Positions 23,021 to 33,631 of a stretch of DNA of 64,000 nt are shown here, piece by piece; positions within the stretch are counted from its first letter, which is position 1; the number at the start of each line of letters is the position of its first letter. The stretch is from the NCBI GenBank assembly GCA_965261345.1, contig OZ253449.1, positions 1,312,001 through 1,376,000 of the forward strand. The letters run 5' to 3'. The notes beneath the pieces are model-generated. The model was not told the DNA's origin. It did not search any database and saw nothing but the letters and a program-made list of their open reading frames with translations. The position numbers and the translations under genes were made by a program. The stretch is from Chloroflexota bacterium (GTDB lineage: Bacteria; Chloroflexota; UBA11872; VXNJ01).

Positions 23021-23491
23021 GCTCGACGAGCGTGATGCAGGGTAGAGAGTGTTAGATGCCCTGAGTAGCCAACGAACCGCCGCAAATCCTACTTGGCACT
23101 GGTCGTTGGCGACGGTCTCCCAGAACATGGTCGATAGAGCGTCGTATAGCTGATCGCCTACAAGCCTTTAGAACTTTGTTCCGGTGATGACTATCAGGGT
23201 CATCAATCTCCTCCAGGCGACCGGACGGTGCTGCCAAAGCCCTACCCTACGCACCGCTTTTGCTGGCTATTAATTCGATTTACTCTTGATATTCAGCACG
23301 GTTCCAAACTCACTGCAATCGCGGAGTCGGTGGGCAAACTGGGGAGATTGAACCAAAATGGTGGGCGATTTACGCTTCGATAGTGCAGGAACCCAATGGA
23401 TTGGCACACTGTACGAGGACCATTTACGTTGGCAATGATTCCGGGTCTATTTCCGAGGTTTGACTAATAAGACTGGGAGTGCCTCGCCATC

Positions 23492-25013
23492 CTAGCTCCC
23501 TAAGTCGAATTGATCCGGGAGCTCGTTGATCAATTTGACTGATTCGACGGCGACTTGGGTTGCTTGCTTGACCAGCTTGACGACGCTACGGGGATCGTCG
23601 AACCACCGATTCGGATCGTTGACGATCCCGGATCGTTCGTGCAATTTCAAACACCAGCGCTCGACCAGCCACTCCAGCGGAGAGCGGCCGTTCACTACGT
23701 ACTCGTGGGCTGAGTCAGGTATTCCGGAAACTGTCAAGTAATCGTTAATCCGCAATTTCCTTTTGCCTGCCCCCTTCTCCCAAGTCATCTTCTCAATCGA
23801 GAAGTGGGAGTCAGACCCTGGATCAAACCCACTTGCAGTCTCAATCTTTAATGGGTACCCGCTAAGGGACTCATAGTCACAGTGCAGCGCTTCAAGTTTC
23901 ATCCCGGCTTCTGAAAACGCGCGGAAGTCGGGCGCAAACGGAATGCGCGGAAGATCCTTGAACAAGTCGTTGGCGAACCTCTCGCGGAAGACAGGGTGAT
24001 GGAGGATCCCGTAGACATACGAAAAAATGTCGTCTTTGGATATCGACGAATCGCCATATTTGAGTCGAAACTCGCTCAACGCCCAATCAGTGATGTTGTC
24101 GATTCGGACGAATTCGCCGTTGCCATCGGCAGTATCAGTTGTCCCTGCGTCCAGCGGCAAGGTGCCAACACCGAGCTGTCTCCTTTCAAACCTCCAACGT
24201 GGGAAAACTTGGCAATGGTGAACGACCTCCAAATCTGGAACCATTTTTGACGCGAACGCGGAGAAGGCACGAGTTCCGCCGCCTCTACCCTGAATAGATA
24301 TAACTCTGTTTATGGTTGATGCCGTTGGATACATCGCTCCGAGTTGGTAGTGTTCGCCGTTAAATAGTGGATCAAAGTGGACGTCTTGCCTGACAAAGGG
24401 TCGGTGGAGCGCATGTCGAAGTGAGGCGCCAGGTTCAAAAGAAGCTTCCATGCCCCTCCTGACATTTGACAACGATTTCCGGTGCCACTTGATCAGTTCG
24501 TCGTTCGCCGGGGGCGCCTCCGCGCCCAAAAACTGGTTGTAGAACATAATCATTCTTATAGAACGTGCTGCCAGCGCTTCTTCATCGAAGCTGTATGCGT
24601 ATTCGTCGCGGCTGGTTTTCAGTCCGCCGCCGTACAACCCAAAGATTGCTTGTTCAGCAAAGGCGCCCTTGTTCCTTGGATCACCAATAGCCGAATAGGT
24701 TTGAAATCGCAGGTCACGCTGGTTTAGCCAATCGCCATGGTCGTCGGGGTGAATCTCCTGCCATTTGTCAATTCCATTGATTGACGCTGCAACCTCGACC
24801 GCCGCAAGCTTTTGGGCAGTCGTCAGGTAGTCGTCAACCGCTCGGTAATTGATGCGAGCCTTGGCATGACCGTTGACCGGATTAGACCTAATAAGAATTA
24901 CGATGCATACTCCGGCACGAGAAGATTGCCCGAACACCTTCCCGCCTTCGCGTTTCCACGTTTCGCCGGAAGTCCTCGCGTTTCCTCTCAAGTCATAGAT
25001 ATAAATCTCATTA
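23492..25013 (-). other. Silent alternative MTase-C/TRD cassette of the Type ISP enzyme (open frame, no ATG or RBS)
   Basis: About 500 uninterrupted codons colinear with the C-terminus of 16685-21457, with four replaced segments. In-frame stops lie just upstream (~25050). Confidence 0.9.
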
Positions 25014-25171
25014 TGTTGAATCTGCGAGAAGATCGGGATCGATACTTATCAGTCAAAGTGGAAATGTGACGCGATCAAGCGCCTTGAAGAATTTCACATT
25101 CCGTATGGATAATCCGCCTGAAGGCGTTTCGGTTAAGGTTCCACAGCGGCAACGTTGGGGACTCGACAACA

Positions 25172-26050
25172 TCAATCGTTGTGCGATTGAGCGCGCACGA
25201 ATTGCTCAGCCAACTTACATTGCCCGATGTCCAGGATGACCATGCCCAATTGCATTTGGCTATGCCCTCCTTCGATCTGGGCCAAGATGGGCGTTCCTTC
25301 GAAAGAATCAAAATCTCCGACATATTCCTTGAAGACCTCGACGCTCGCTGCCAAGTCAGGAACATCTTCTTCCAACAACGCGGTTGCGATTCGAGTTAAG
25401 CATTCCATTCCAACGTGGATTTGCTCCGCTAGGTCTATATCGGTTTGCAGACCTTCAATCTCCTCGCGAAGCTTCGCCCATTCTTTGTACTCTTTGAGGA
25501 GCCGCTCCGGCGATTCACCCAGGAAGACACTGCCAACTACCTCGTCTTCATCACCGAGCCCGGAATTCACTACTACGCGCGATAGCGGCGGGCCGACGTG
25601 CTGTATGTAATTCCTGAATTTGTATAGAAATCGGTAAGCAAAGTAGTCGTCGAATTCTGCGCTGCATGCGGCTTCCCAGGTAGTCAACCGGTCTCCGCCG
25701 TCGCGGTCGTCGCGTCGTTTGAGATCGGTGGCTGCGTGATCCAGAAACATTCGCATGCTGGTCAGGAAATTGACAATCGCTGTTGTCAATTGAGAGGTCA
25801 ATAGCGGGAATTCAGATTGCTGAACGGATTGTTGACTAGAAGCCCTAGTTACAAGACTCGTTTCCAAATTGACAAACGTCCGGTAGTTTTCAGCCAGCAC
25901 TGCAAACGCGACTCGTCTGAATACTCTCCAAATGCAACTGTTTGCTTCCGCCAATCGCTCACGTTCGCCGGTCGAAAGACTTCGAACCTGTTTGATTCCG
26001 ATTTGGTCGCCCTCTTGAGAGACCATGTCCGCGACTATGTATTGGACCAA
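25172..26050 (-). CDS. Putative HEPN-like protein
   Basis: Helical protein with NFLTSMRMFLDH and YKFRNYIQH (RxxxxH); AGGAGGT RBS. Confidence 0.6.
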   Translation of the reverse strand: MVQYIVADMVSQEGDQIGIKQVRSLSTGERERLAEANSCIWRVFRRVAFAVLAENYRTFVNLETSLVTRASSQQSVQQSEFPLLTSQLTTAIVNFLTSMRMFLDHAATDLKRRDDRDGGDRLTTWEAACSAEFDDYFAYRFLYKFRNYIQHVGPPLSRVVVNSGLGDEDEVVGSVFLGESPERLLKEYKEWAKLREEIEGLQTDIDLAEQIHVGMECLTRIATALLEEDVPDLAASVEVFKEYVGDFDSFEGTPILAQIEGGHSQMQLGMVILDIGQCKLAEQFVRAQSHND

Positions 26051-26061
26051 TGCGCGACCTC

Positions 26062-27078
26062 CTATTCGACCAATGATTCATATGCCGATAACCTGTTGAT
26101 CGACAGACGCGTTTCAAATCCTTTTTCCGAGTCGAACTCCAAATGACTGCCATGGGAAATTCCAATCCCCGAGAATTCACTCCCATCCAATACCCGGAAA
26201 GTGGAGAGCATTTTCGTGTACCACAATTCGAAATGTTCAAGAATCGTGATCTGGAATCCATCGGGCAAATCACCCTCAAATGGCCGGGTTTCGCACCCAG
26301 CGACTATTCTTGCATCGATTTCGTGACCCCAAATCGCAATGGAAATCATCGAGCACACGCACGCTGTTACCAATTGATTGAGCCCCAGCAATGGCTTAGG
26401 AGCTGTTGACCTCGCGGCGTTGAGGTTGTTCGAAACGCGTTGGTACCAACCTTCCAGGGTTTCCCCGTCAAGAGGTTGCCTTTGCCGGAAGAATTCGTTC
26501 TTCACGCTCAAAAGCTCGCTGACAGAATTGTCGTCCTGTGCCGAAGCGCATTCGGACGCAGATTTCCAAGATTGAGTTTGCTCAATAGCGGATTTAATCG
26601 GGGCGATCGCGTTTGCAAGCTGGCGCGGCATCCTACGGGCCCGATTTGATATCGCATCGCGTGAATCCGGATATGCGGGACAAAGAGGAATAGGGATGTT
26701 GTCTCGGTCAACAAAAGCTCGCGCGATTTCGGGTCGTTGACCTTCCCAGAACGTGGCGATGATCTCGGAAGTGGAATTCAACGACGTTGGTAGCACACTA
26801 AACAAATTCCGATCATTCGTGGTAATCGTGGCATTGCTCCACTTCTCGTCGTCCAGCTGCGCTAAGTACAACGCATTTGCGTGCCGCACGATGTCCGGGC
26901 CGGCCGCGATCCTTGAATCGTATTCGCGCAACGCTGTCTGTTCACCGGCCGCGGCATTACGTTTAAGTGCACCCCGAATCCTCTGTCCGAAGGCGCTAAC
27001 GCGGATGTCGCTTGCGGCCTGCGCGACCGAGCTTTCCAATTCGGAAGGAGGCGACGCATAAGAAGGATCTGAAGTCAT
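26062..27078 (-). CDS. Hypothetical protein
   Basis: 338-aa ORF ending 11 bp before the HEPN-like gene; no family recognised. Confidence 0.65.
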   Translation of the reverse strand: MTSDPSYASPPSELESSVAQAASDIRVSAFGQRIRGALKRNAAAGEQTALREYDSRIAAGPDIVRHANALYLAQLDDEKWSNATITTNDRNLFSVLPTSLNSTSEIIATFWEGQRPEIARAFVDRDNIPIPLCPAYPDSRDAISNRARRMPRQLANAIAPIKSAIEQTQSWKSASECASAQDDNSVSELLSVKNEFFRQRQPLDGETLEGWYQRVSNNLNAARSTAPKPLLGLNQLVTACVCSMISIAIWGHEIDARIVAGCETRPFEGDLPDGFQITILEHFELWYTKMLSTFRVLDGSEFSGIGISHGSHLEFDSEKGFETRLSINRLSAYESLVE

Positions 27079-27439
27079 CGACTACCTTTGGCTTTTCCAA
27101 AAACCAGCGCAAATAATGAAGTCCGTCTAGTATCGCTTATTGCACGGTATCGATGGGGCGGCTCGCTCCATCCGAACATTCCTGCCTGAGTCGGAAATGG
27201 GCCGAGTGGGATTTACAAACTTTTACAAGAACTGTTCATTTGACGACTAGATATAACCGTGCTTATATCTAGTTGCCCCAAGTAATGGGTGTTCGCAGTT
27301 AGTGTGATCGGCGGGTAATCCACGGCCAGCAATCGCCAGATTGCGGTCGAGCCACCAAAGTCATTCAATTGGTCGCGTTGCTGCCGTCCGATGATGGCTC
27401 GATCCATTGGTGCGCGGTAGATAGTTCCGACTGTATTCG

Positions 27440-27680
27440 ATCCTGCTGCGCCACCAGCAGGTGATGTTCGGTTGAGGGGAAATTCAGGATATTGCTGCGG
27501 TTGAGCAGGCGGTCCGGGATGCCAGTTGCAACCCTCTTGTCCCTGAAAATCGCCCCGATCGGCAAGCAGCAGTAAAGGTGACGCTGCCGATTTCCTTGGC
27601 CAGAGCCAGGTTTTTAAGGCGATAGCGGTATATGGATTCTTCGGGCGCCACAATGGCATCCTTTGCTGGGTTTGGACACA
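27440..27680 (-). pseudogene. IS21 IstB C-terminal remnant
   Basis: GAIFRDKRVATGIPDRLLNRSNILNF resembles the IstB motif 'IFGD...ATAILDRLLH'. Confidence 0.5.
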
Positions 27681-27752
27681 CTGCAGGAAGTCTTGTGTGG
27701 TCCCTACTTCAAAAGGCGCTCACCTGTCGCACCTACTCGGAAATAGGACTCA

Positions 27753-29702
27753 CTAGCTGGTGAGCGGCTGAGTCGAAAGAATCTGGGCGCACACGTAGTG
27801 TCTGAATGATTCGACATCAGTGTAGAACCGGAATCCGGCCTGACTGGCGATGCTCTCGATCTCAGGGTCCTCGTCGATCAGTAGCGCGACCGGCTGGCTA
27901 TAGCCCTCCTGCAGGCCATTGGGCCAAGCAAGATCGAGCACCGCCAGCAGTTCCCCGGTCTCTCCGTCAACCAATTGATATAGCAATTCGCCTTCGGGTA
28001 AACCTTGGTCAATTACCCAGATATTGGTATCCAACAGCGCTTTTTCTTCATCCTCTTCTTGGATTGCCCCCAAGGAGATTTCTACCCGGTCCAATACGGA
28101 TCCGATTGACTTGGATTCAGGGACTTTGCCCTGCCACAGTTCGTCGAGGAACAGATTTGCGGCCGAGGCGAGCAATTCGCGCCGCGCCGCGAGAAATTGA
28201 CGGTAATTTTCAATCTTCCAAAGTTCCGGGTCCATCGGAATCCAATGTGATTCCATGACACCGGGGTGCTTTGCGGCAAATTCGGGGATGTACTCTGCCG
28301 GGTTCCGATTCGAGACCTTGAGATTGGTGTCCTGGGTGAGGAATGTGAAATTGGCCAGCGCGTTGACTTCCGGGCGCTCGTACCCGAACTTGTACAGGAG
28401 TGATTTGGGGAATATGTGGTGTAGTTGCAGGCTACTTAAACTGCCCAGAATGTGGCTGGACAATTCGAAATCCGTATCCCAATCCCGGGACCGGTTGACC
28501 CTGGTAAGCATGTAGAGCAGCGGATAGAAACGCGACCCGCGACTCCAAGTGGCAAAGTCATTTGGAGTGAGCTTGAGATCGCCACGATTCCGGCGCAAAC
28601 CCGCGATCAATTGTTCTAATCCCTCGCCCGCTCCTTCGATCGCTGCCAAGTCTTGGTTGAGAACCGATTCAGTCGACCCTGAATAGCGTCCCCACAGCAG
28701 TGTGTGGACGTACCAGTACAAAAGCTGGTCGCGTTCGGCCGGGTCAGAAATCGTCCCGCCTCGGTCTTCAAGGTACCTAACCATGAGCGCAAACGAATAG
28801 ACGCTCCCCAAAACCCGGTCATGATCGAGCCCAAGTCGCGACGAAATCGCGTTAAGCAGATAATCTATACGTTTTTCTGCTAGGTTCAATCCATTTTGGA
28901 AATCGCCAGGCCGCACGTTGGCGAGCGCCAGAAATAGCGCTTCGCCGGTCACCAAGCTATTGACGCACCGGAGTAGCCATTCGAGCTTGAAATTGAATCC
29001 GGCCGCCCGCCAGCGATCCAGCCGGGCAATCATTTCACGTCGAGCATCCGGCCAGGCAGCGCAGATCTTGGCCAGCGCGAGATCACCCTTCGACAGCTTT
29101 GTCCCGCCGCTGTTTACGCGGTTGAAAATTTCCACAACGACGTCGACGGTTTTGTCCTCGCCAGTAATCTCCTCGACCAATAAATTAACTTCTCTTGTCG
29201 TGGCAATCCGAGAAAGTCGGTCGTTGTAAATCTCGAAATTGTCCCGCAGCTCCGCGTCATTAAATATCCGGATCATGAACGGCCCGATCCCCTTCTTCAT
29301 GACTTCGGTAACGCTGACCCAACATGGATCCTGGTCCATCCTCATCGGCGCATAAAACTCAAACGCTTCAGTGCGCATGTTGAAGTACAAGCCGGTAAAC
29401 GTTTCGACCTTGCCCTCGAAGAATGGTGGCGCCTGACCACGGAGGATTCCATAGAGTGACGTGATTCGCTGCTGGCCATCCAGGAGCAATGTAACGAAGC
29501 CCGGCTGAAGCGTCTTGTCGCCTCGTGTGTCGACCGCTTCAGTTTTGGCAAGCCATGTCAGCAAGCTACCAACGGGGTGCCGTCGATAAAGCGAATCCAT
29601 CAGCCCCCTCACTTGGTCCCGGTTCCATACGTATCCGCGCTGGAATACAGGGAGTGCCATGGCCCCGGTGTCGATATGGTTGAGAACTGTTTCGATCTTC
29701 AA
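27753..29702 (-). CDS. GmrSD-family (DUF262 + DUF1524/HNH) modification-dependent restriction endonuclease
   Basis: LPVFQRGYVW, LLDGQQRITSL, IFNRVNSGGTKL, LHHIFPK...NALANFTFL...N. Confidence 0.88.
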   Translation of the reverse strand: MKIETVLNHIDTGAMALPVFQRGYVWNRDQVRGLMDSLYRRHPVGSLLTWLAKTEAVDTRGDKTLQPGFVTLLLDGQQRITSLYGILRGQAPPFFEGKVETFTGLYFNMRTEAFEFYAPMRMDQDPCWVSVTEVMKKGIGPFMIRIFNDAELRDNFEIYNDRLSRIATTREVNLLVEEITGEDKTVDVVVEIFNRVNSGGTKLSKGDLALAKICAAWPDARREMIARLDRWRAAGFNFKLEWLLRCVNSLVTGEALFLALANVRPGDFQNGLNLAEKRIDYLLNAISSRLGLDHDRVLGSVYSFALMVRYLEDRGGTISDPAERDQLLYWYVHTLLWGRYSGSTESVLNQDLAAIEGAGEGLEQLIAGLRRNRGDLKLTPNDFATWSRGSRFYPLLYMLTRVNRSRDWDTDFELSSHILGSLSSLQLHHIFPKSLLYKFGYERPEVNALANFTFLTQDTNLKVSNRNPAEYIPEFAAKHPGVMESHWIPMDPELWKIENYRQFLAARRELLASAANLFLDELWQGKVPESKSIGSVLDRVEISLGAIQEEDEEKALLDTNIWVIDQGLPEGELLYQLVDGETGELLAVLDLAWPNGLQEGYSQPVALLIDEDPEIESIASQAGFRFYTDVESFRHYVCAQILSTQPLTS

Positions 29703-30060
29703 TTCGACTCACTTAAATAGGGTGCAGCTCGGTCGCTGATTGTGTGAACGTTTGTCGCTCTATTCGCGCGCCGCGGATTATTGCCCGCGGCCGCCCCTCA
29801 ATTGTCATTCGCCGCCAGCATTGAACCACTTCGCCAAGATCTTTTAGCCACCAGGGGTGCTCGCCACCGCAGCGTTTCGGCATCTTGTATTGGACCAGAC
29901 AGCAATGGCCTATTAGGAGCTTTTTCGAAATGGACACCTCCGGCTACATCGGTAACTGGCGAGAGGGCCTTGATTATTCTCGAATGCGTGAGCGTCCAAG
30001 CCAATTGGTTGGCAGGTTCAAATCTGCAAACTTGAGTTAAGGCATCGTAAGCGATCGAGA

Positions 30061-30700
30061 TCACCGTCCGGCGATTGCCCGCTTGGTGGTGTTTGCGACG
30101 AATTCGTAGTAGTCGGTATTTGCTCGCTCATCAATAGCGGTGCTGTCGCCTAATTTTCTCGAAGCCGAAATCCAAGCCATTGGATCTGGCAATGGTCTTG
30201 CGGCCGCGGCCAGCTCCCAGAAACCGAGGTTGCGGACAGGCCCGAAATCGGCTTCGTAACGGTGCAGAAAATGATCCGCGGCCTGCTTGATGCCGCGGAG
30301 GTACATGTTTATCCGGAAGTAGCCAATATCTATGGGCGGTTCCCCATAGGATGCGGCATCCCAGTCAAGTACTGCCGAAATGTGGCCTGCTTGCCACAAG
30401 GCGTTTCCTGGCCAATAGTCCATGTGAAGGTTGTTGGCGGGGCGCTGCTGATAACGGCCCTCAGTTCCCGCACAGTGGCATATATGGAGTCTGAAAGCGG
30501 GTGCCCCGACATCGACTCGGGCCAATGGCCAGAAAGACAGTAAAGGCCAAGTTCCTTGCCGTCGTACAGATTCTGGGTTTCGGCGGCCATAGGGCTGATG
30601 TCGTGAATTCGGAGGAGGACCTCGGCCTGGGCGTTAGCCCATTCGATGACGTTCTGTGGACTTGCGATCTGGATTCCGGGTACAAACGTCTCAATCCAAG
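30061..30700 (-). pseudogene. Aminoglycoside phosphotransferase-like kinase remnant (frameshifted, N-terminus missing)
   Basis: LHMDYWPGN, AVLDWD, GEPPIDIG, split over two frames. Confidence 0.7.
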
Positions 30701-30792
30701 GAATTCACGCGCGTACTGCCGGGCATAGGTTCGCTCATTCGGGCTTGGAGTCCGCAGCGCCACTGTGTTTGTCGCACAACAGTGACTATCAC

Positions 30793-32993
30793 CTAGAAAC
30801 CAGGCCGAAAAGCCCAAAACGCGCGTCGGGGCTCAAACAGATTAGCAATGACCTCGAAGACCTCCCTGAGGCCGCCAAACCGATTTAGGACACTCTGGAT
30901 CGATATTTCGTGGGAATTCTGGGCCCATGCAACGATCGCGCCGGCGGCAACCGCATTTTTAAGACCCCGCGCCAAATCCCGATTCGCAGGTCCTTCCATT
31001 ACCGGCGCAGAAGCTACTTCCCGGCCTTCGGCGACCCCGTTCCGATTGCCCTCCATCGCCATCTGCGCCGCCTCCCGGCCGTTTGCGGCGGCCGCGGTCA
31101 GCCCGGCTTCCCGGCCCGGGTCGGTTCCCGAGGGTTTCCTTTTCCACGACTCCCCTTCGGCAAGCGTTAGGTTGGCCACCGTGGCCGCCATCAGCAGCTG
31201 GAACCCGGCAAGTTGCCTGCCAAAGAACCGCGACTGGCGCACGCCCAGCTGGCAGAGCCTGGCCAGGCGGTGCTCGACGCGGGTTCTAAGGCGCGCGATC
31301 TTTAAGCCTTCCTTACTGCGCTGGCGGATGCGGGCCTGCTGCAGCAGGCGTTCCTGGGGATGGACGCTGATGCGGCGGTTGGGTTTGGTCGCAGAGCGTA
31401 TGCAGGATCTCTTGAGCGGACAGGCCGAGCACTGCTCTTTAGCGAAGTGGAAGAGGCCGGCGCGTGTCTTGGCGCTGCGCCGGGAGCGCGAGCGGCGGTA
31501 ATCGGAAGTTATCTGCCCGGCCGGGCAGGTGCAGGTTCCCTTTTCCAGATCGATGGCAAAGTCCTGCTTTACAAAGTAGCGGCTGGCTGGTTTACCCGGC
31601 GCCCTGGCGAAGAGGTCGTACCCGGCGTCGGCGAAGTCCTTGCGGGTGTCGCCAGCCTCGTAGGCGCAGTCGCCGATGACGATCTCGACTTTGGCGGCGG
31701 CGTTCTCTTCGGCCTCCCGCACCAGCGCCAGGGCGCCGCAGTTGTCGGGGGCGTTGCCCGGGATCACGTCCACCGCGGTTACCAGGCCGGTTGACAAATC
31801 TACGGCGATGGCGGCCTTGTGGCCGGCAAAGCGGTTGGTCGAGCTCTTGCGTCCATGGCGCATCTGCGGATCGTGCGCCGATATGATCCGGTCGCGTCCG
31901 CCCCGGACGATCTCCACTTCCTCGCCATCTGCGCCGTCGGCCGAATCCCTGGCCGCGACACCCCTGTCTCTGACCGCCACCGGGGCGGGATCGACCTCGC
32001 CGGCGTCGGTTCCCGCCGGCAGCAGCAGCCGATCGCGGTCGTCGGGAACCGGTTTTGCCGGTTCCGCGGGGACGCGTTTTACGTCCTGGAGCAGGATCTG
32101 CGACAGCAGCTGCGAGCAGGCCAGGATCTTATCGGCGCGCTTATTGTCGGGAGCAGGGGATTCAAGCGCGCTGCGGGCCCTTGCCAGCAGCGAGTCGGCG
32201 TCTCTGACGATCCGCCCCAGGAACCGGCGGCGCTGTTTACGGTCCGACCAGTCGATGGCGACAGCGCCCTTCAGGCTCTTGCCGGCATGCAGGTTGTAGC
32301 CGTGTTGGCGGGCCCACTCTTTGGGGTCTTGGCCATCCTGTTCGGCCAGGGCGCCGACCAGCAGGCGGCAGCCGTCCCCGATCAGGTTGTAGGCGTCCCG
32401 CACCGCGCCCCTGCCCAGGATGGCGGTGGTATCGATCGCCAGCTTCATGCTCTGGCCCTTGAAGAAGCCCTTTTTGCGGGCGTGCTGCAGGGAGCGGCGA
32501 AATATCCCCCGCGCCCTGCCGTGAACGATCAGCTGCGAGCGAAACAGCTGCAATGTGGACTTGGCGAACGCGCGTTCTTCCAGCTCGGTCCCCAGCGCCA
32601 CCTTCCAGCGCAGGTCGTAGTCGGCCCGCTGCTTGGCCTCGTTGTCAGAGACCTTATCGTGGGCCTGCAGCAGGAGAACGGTGGCCAGCAGCGAGGGCGC
32701 CACGCTGGGGCGGCCGTTGTCGGCGCAGTAGAGATCGGCGAAATCTTCGTCTTTGAACAGCTCTCCCCGCATGCCCGCCAGGCGGCCGTAGAAGGTATCG
32801 CGTTCTACGTAGTCAAGGTGCAGGCCGTCGGTCGGGAAGAAGCCCTTTTGGGCATGGGTCCCCAGCATGTCTCCACCACCCGGCAATGCTATGTTTTTAT
32901 CAATGGAAAGGCTCCGCAAGATGCCTGTTGATATTTTATATGTTTGATGACGGATTAGCCCTTTGTACAGGGGCTTTTCGGCCGGGCTTCTAG
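30793..32993 (-). mobile_element. IS1182-family element (transposase ORF 30793-32919)
   Basis: NGRPSVAP, IDTT, HDPQMRHGRK, GDCAY, CTCPAG...CSACPLKRSC, RTRVEHRL. IRs AAACCAGGCCGAAAAGCCC / GGGCTTTTCGGCCGGGCTT, flanked by CTAG on both sides. Confidence 0.9.
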
Positions 32994-33012
32994 GGTCCTG
33001 TGCGCCAAACGG

Positions 33013-33620
33013 TCATTGGTCCACGGCAGCTTCGGCGAGCCGCTCGATTGCGGAGAGATTATTTTCCACAGTGTCGGCATTACCACGGTCGAGCCCGAGC
33101 ACAATGTTTTTCACATTGCTCGCGGGATCGAAGAAGCAGGGTTTTTGAAGCAACAATCCGAAGTCGGGATCAGGGTTGTACACAAAGAATCGGTGCAGGA
33201 ACGGGTCTCCGCATTCAATACGCAAGACGTACATCTCGTAGTCCGGATCGCCGACAATCATGTCGCTAAAGTCGATGATGCCAACGATTGCCCGCGCCAC
33301 CTGGTCAAAAATGAAGTGTTCGGCACTCAAGTCGGCGCGTAGCAACCCGGGCGTGTAGTCAGAGTTGCGGTACTCGCCCAGGTATGGGCAAACAACTTCT
33401 AAAGGCAGCCGCGGGTGCGCTGATTCAGCCTGGAATACGTGAGCTGCCGAATTGAATCCAGGTAGTGAGCAAAACGCACCGAGAAATCACCGTCGGCCAA
33501 TCCCAATCCCTTGCATTTATTGATCGGTACGGACTGCAGGTCCCTGAAAAACTCCGCTAGCTGTTTTGCCGCTAGGTCCCGAAAGCCGAGGCTCCCCCTT
33601 CGCTGTCCGAGTTCACGTTC
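33013..33620 (-). pseudogene. Second phosphotransferase (APH-like) remnant
   Basis: LRADLSAEHF, GIIDFSDMIVGDPDYE; upstream part is fragmented and cut by IS256. Confidence 0.6.
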
Positions 33621-33631
33621 AATTTCCCGGG

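Noticed and set aside
23492-24991. Stand-alone 499-aa gene, or an ordinary decayed duplicate
   Set aside because: It has no ATG or RBS and lacks the catalytic domains, yet has no stops and shows block-wise rather than scattered divergence; a silent cassette fits better.
19942-25013. Diversity-generating retroelement (TR/VR pair)
   Set aside because: No reverse transcriptase in the window, and the differences are not adenine-specific and include indels.
31819-32931. 370-aa plus-strand ORF
   Set aside because: Antisense to the GC-rich IS1182 transposase.
30761-33015. Imperfect palindromic flanks of IS1182 (GTTTGTCGCACA / TGTGCGCCAAAC) as an integron attC site
   Set aside because: No RYYYAAC...GTTRRRY arrangement, no integrase and no cassette array.
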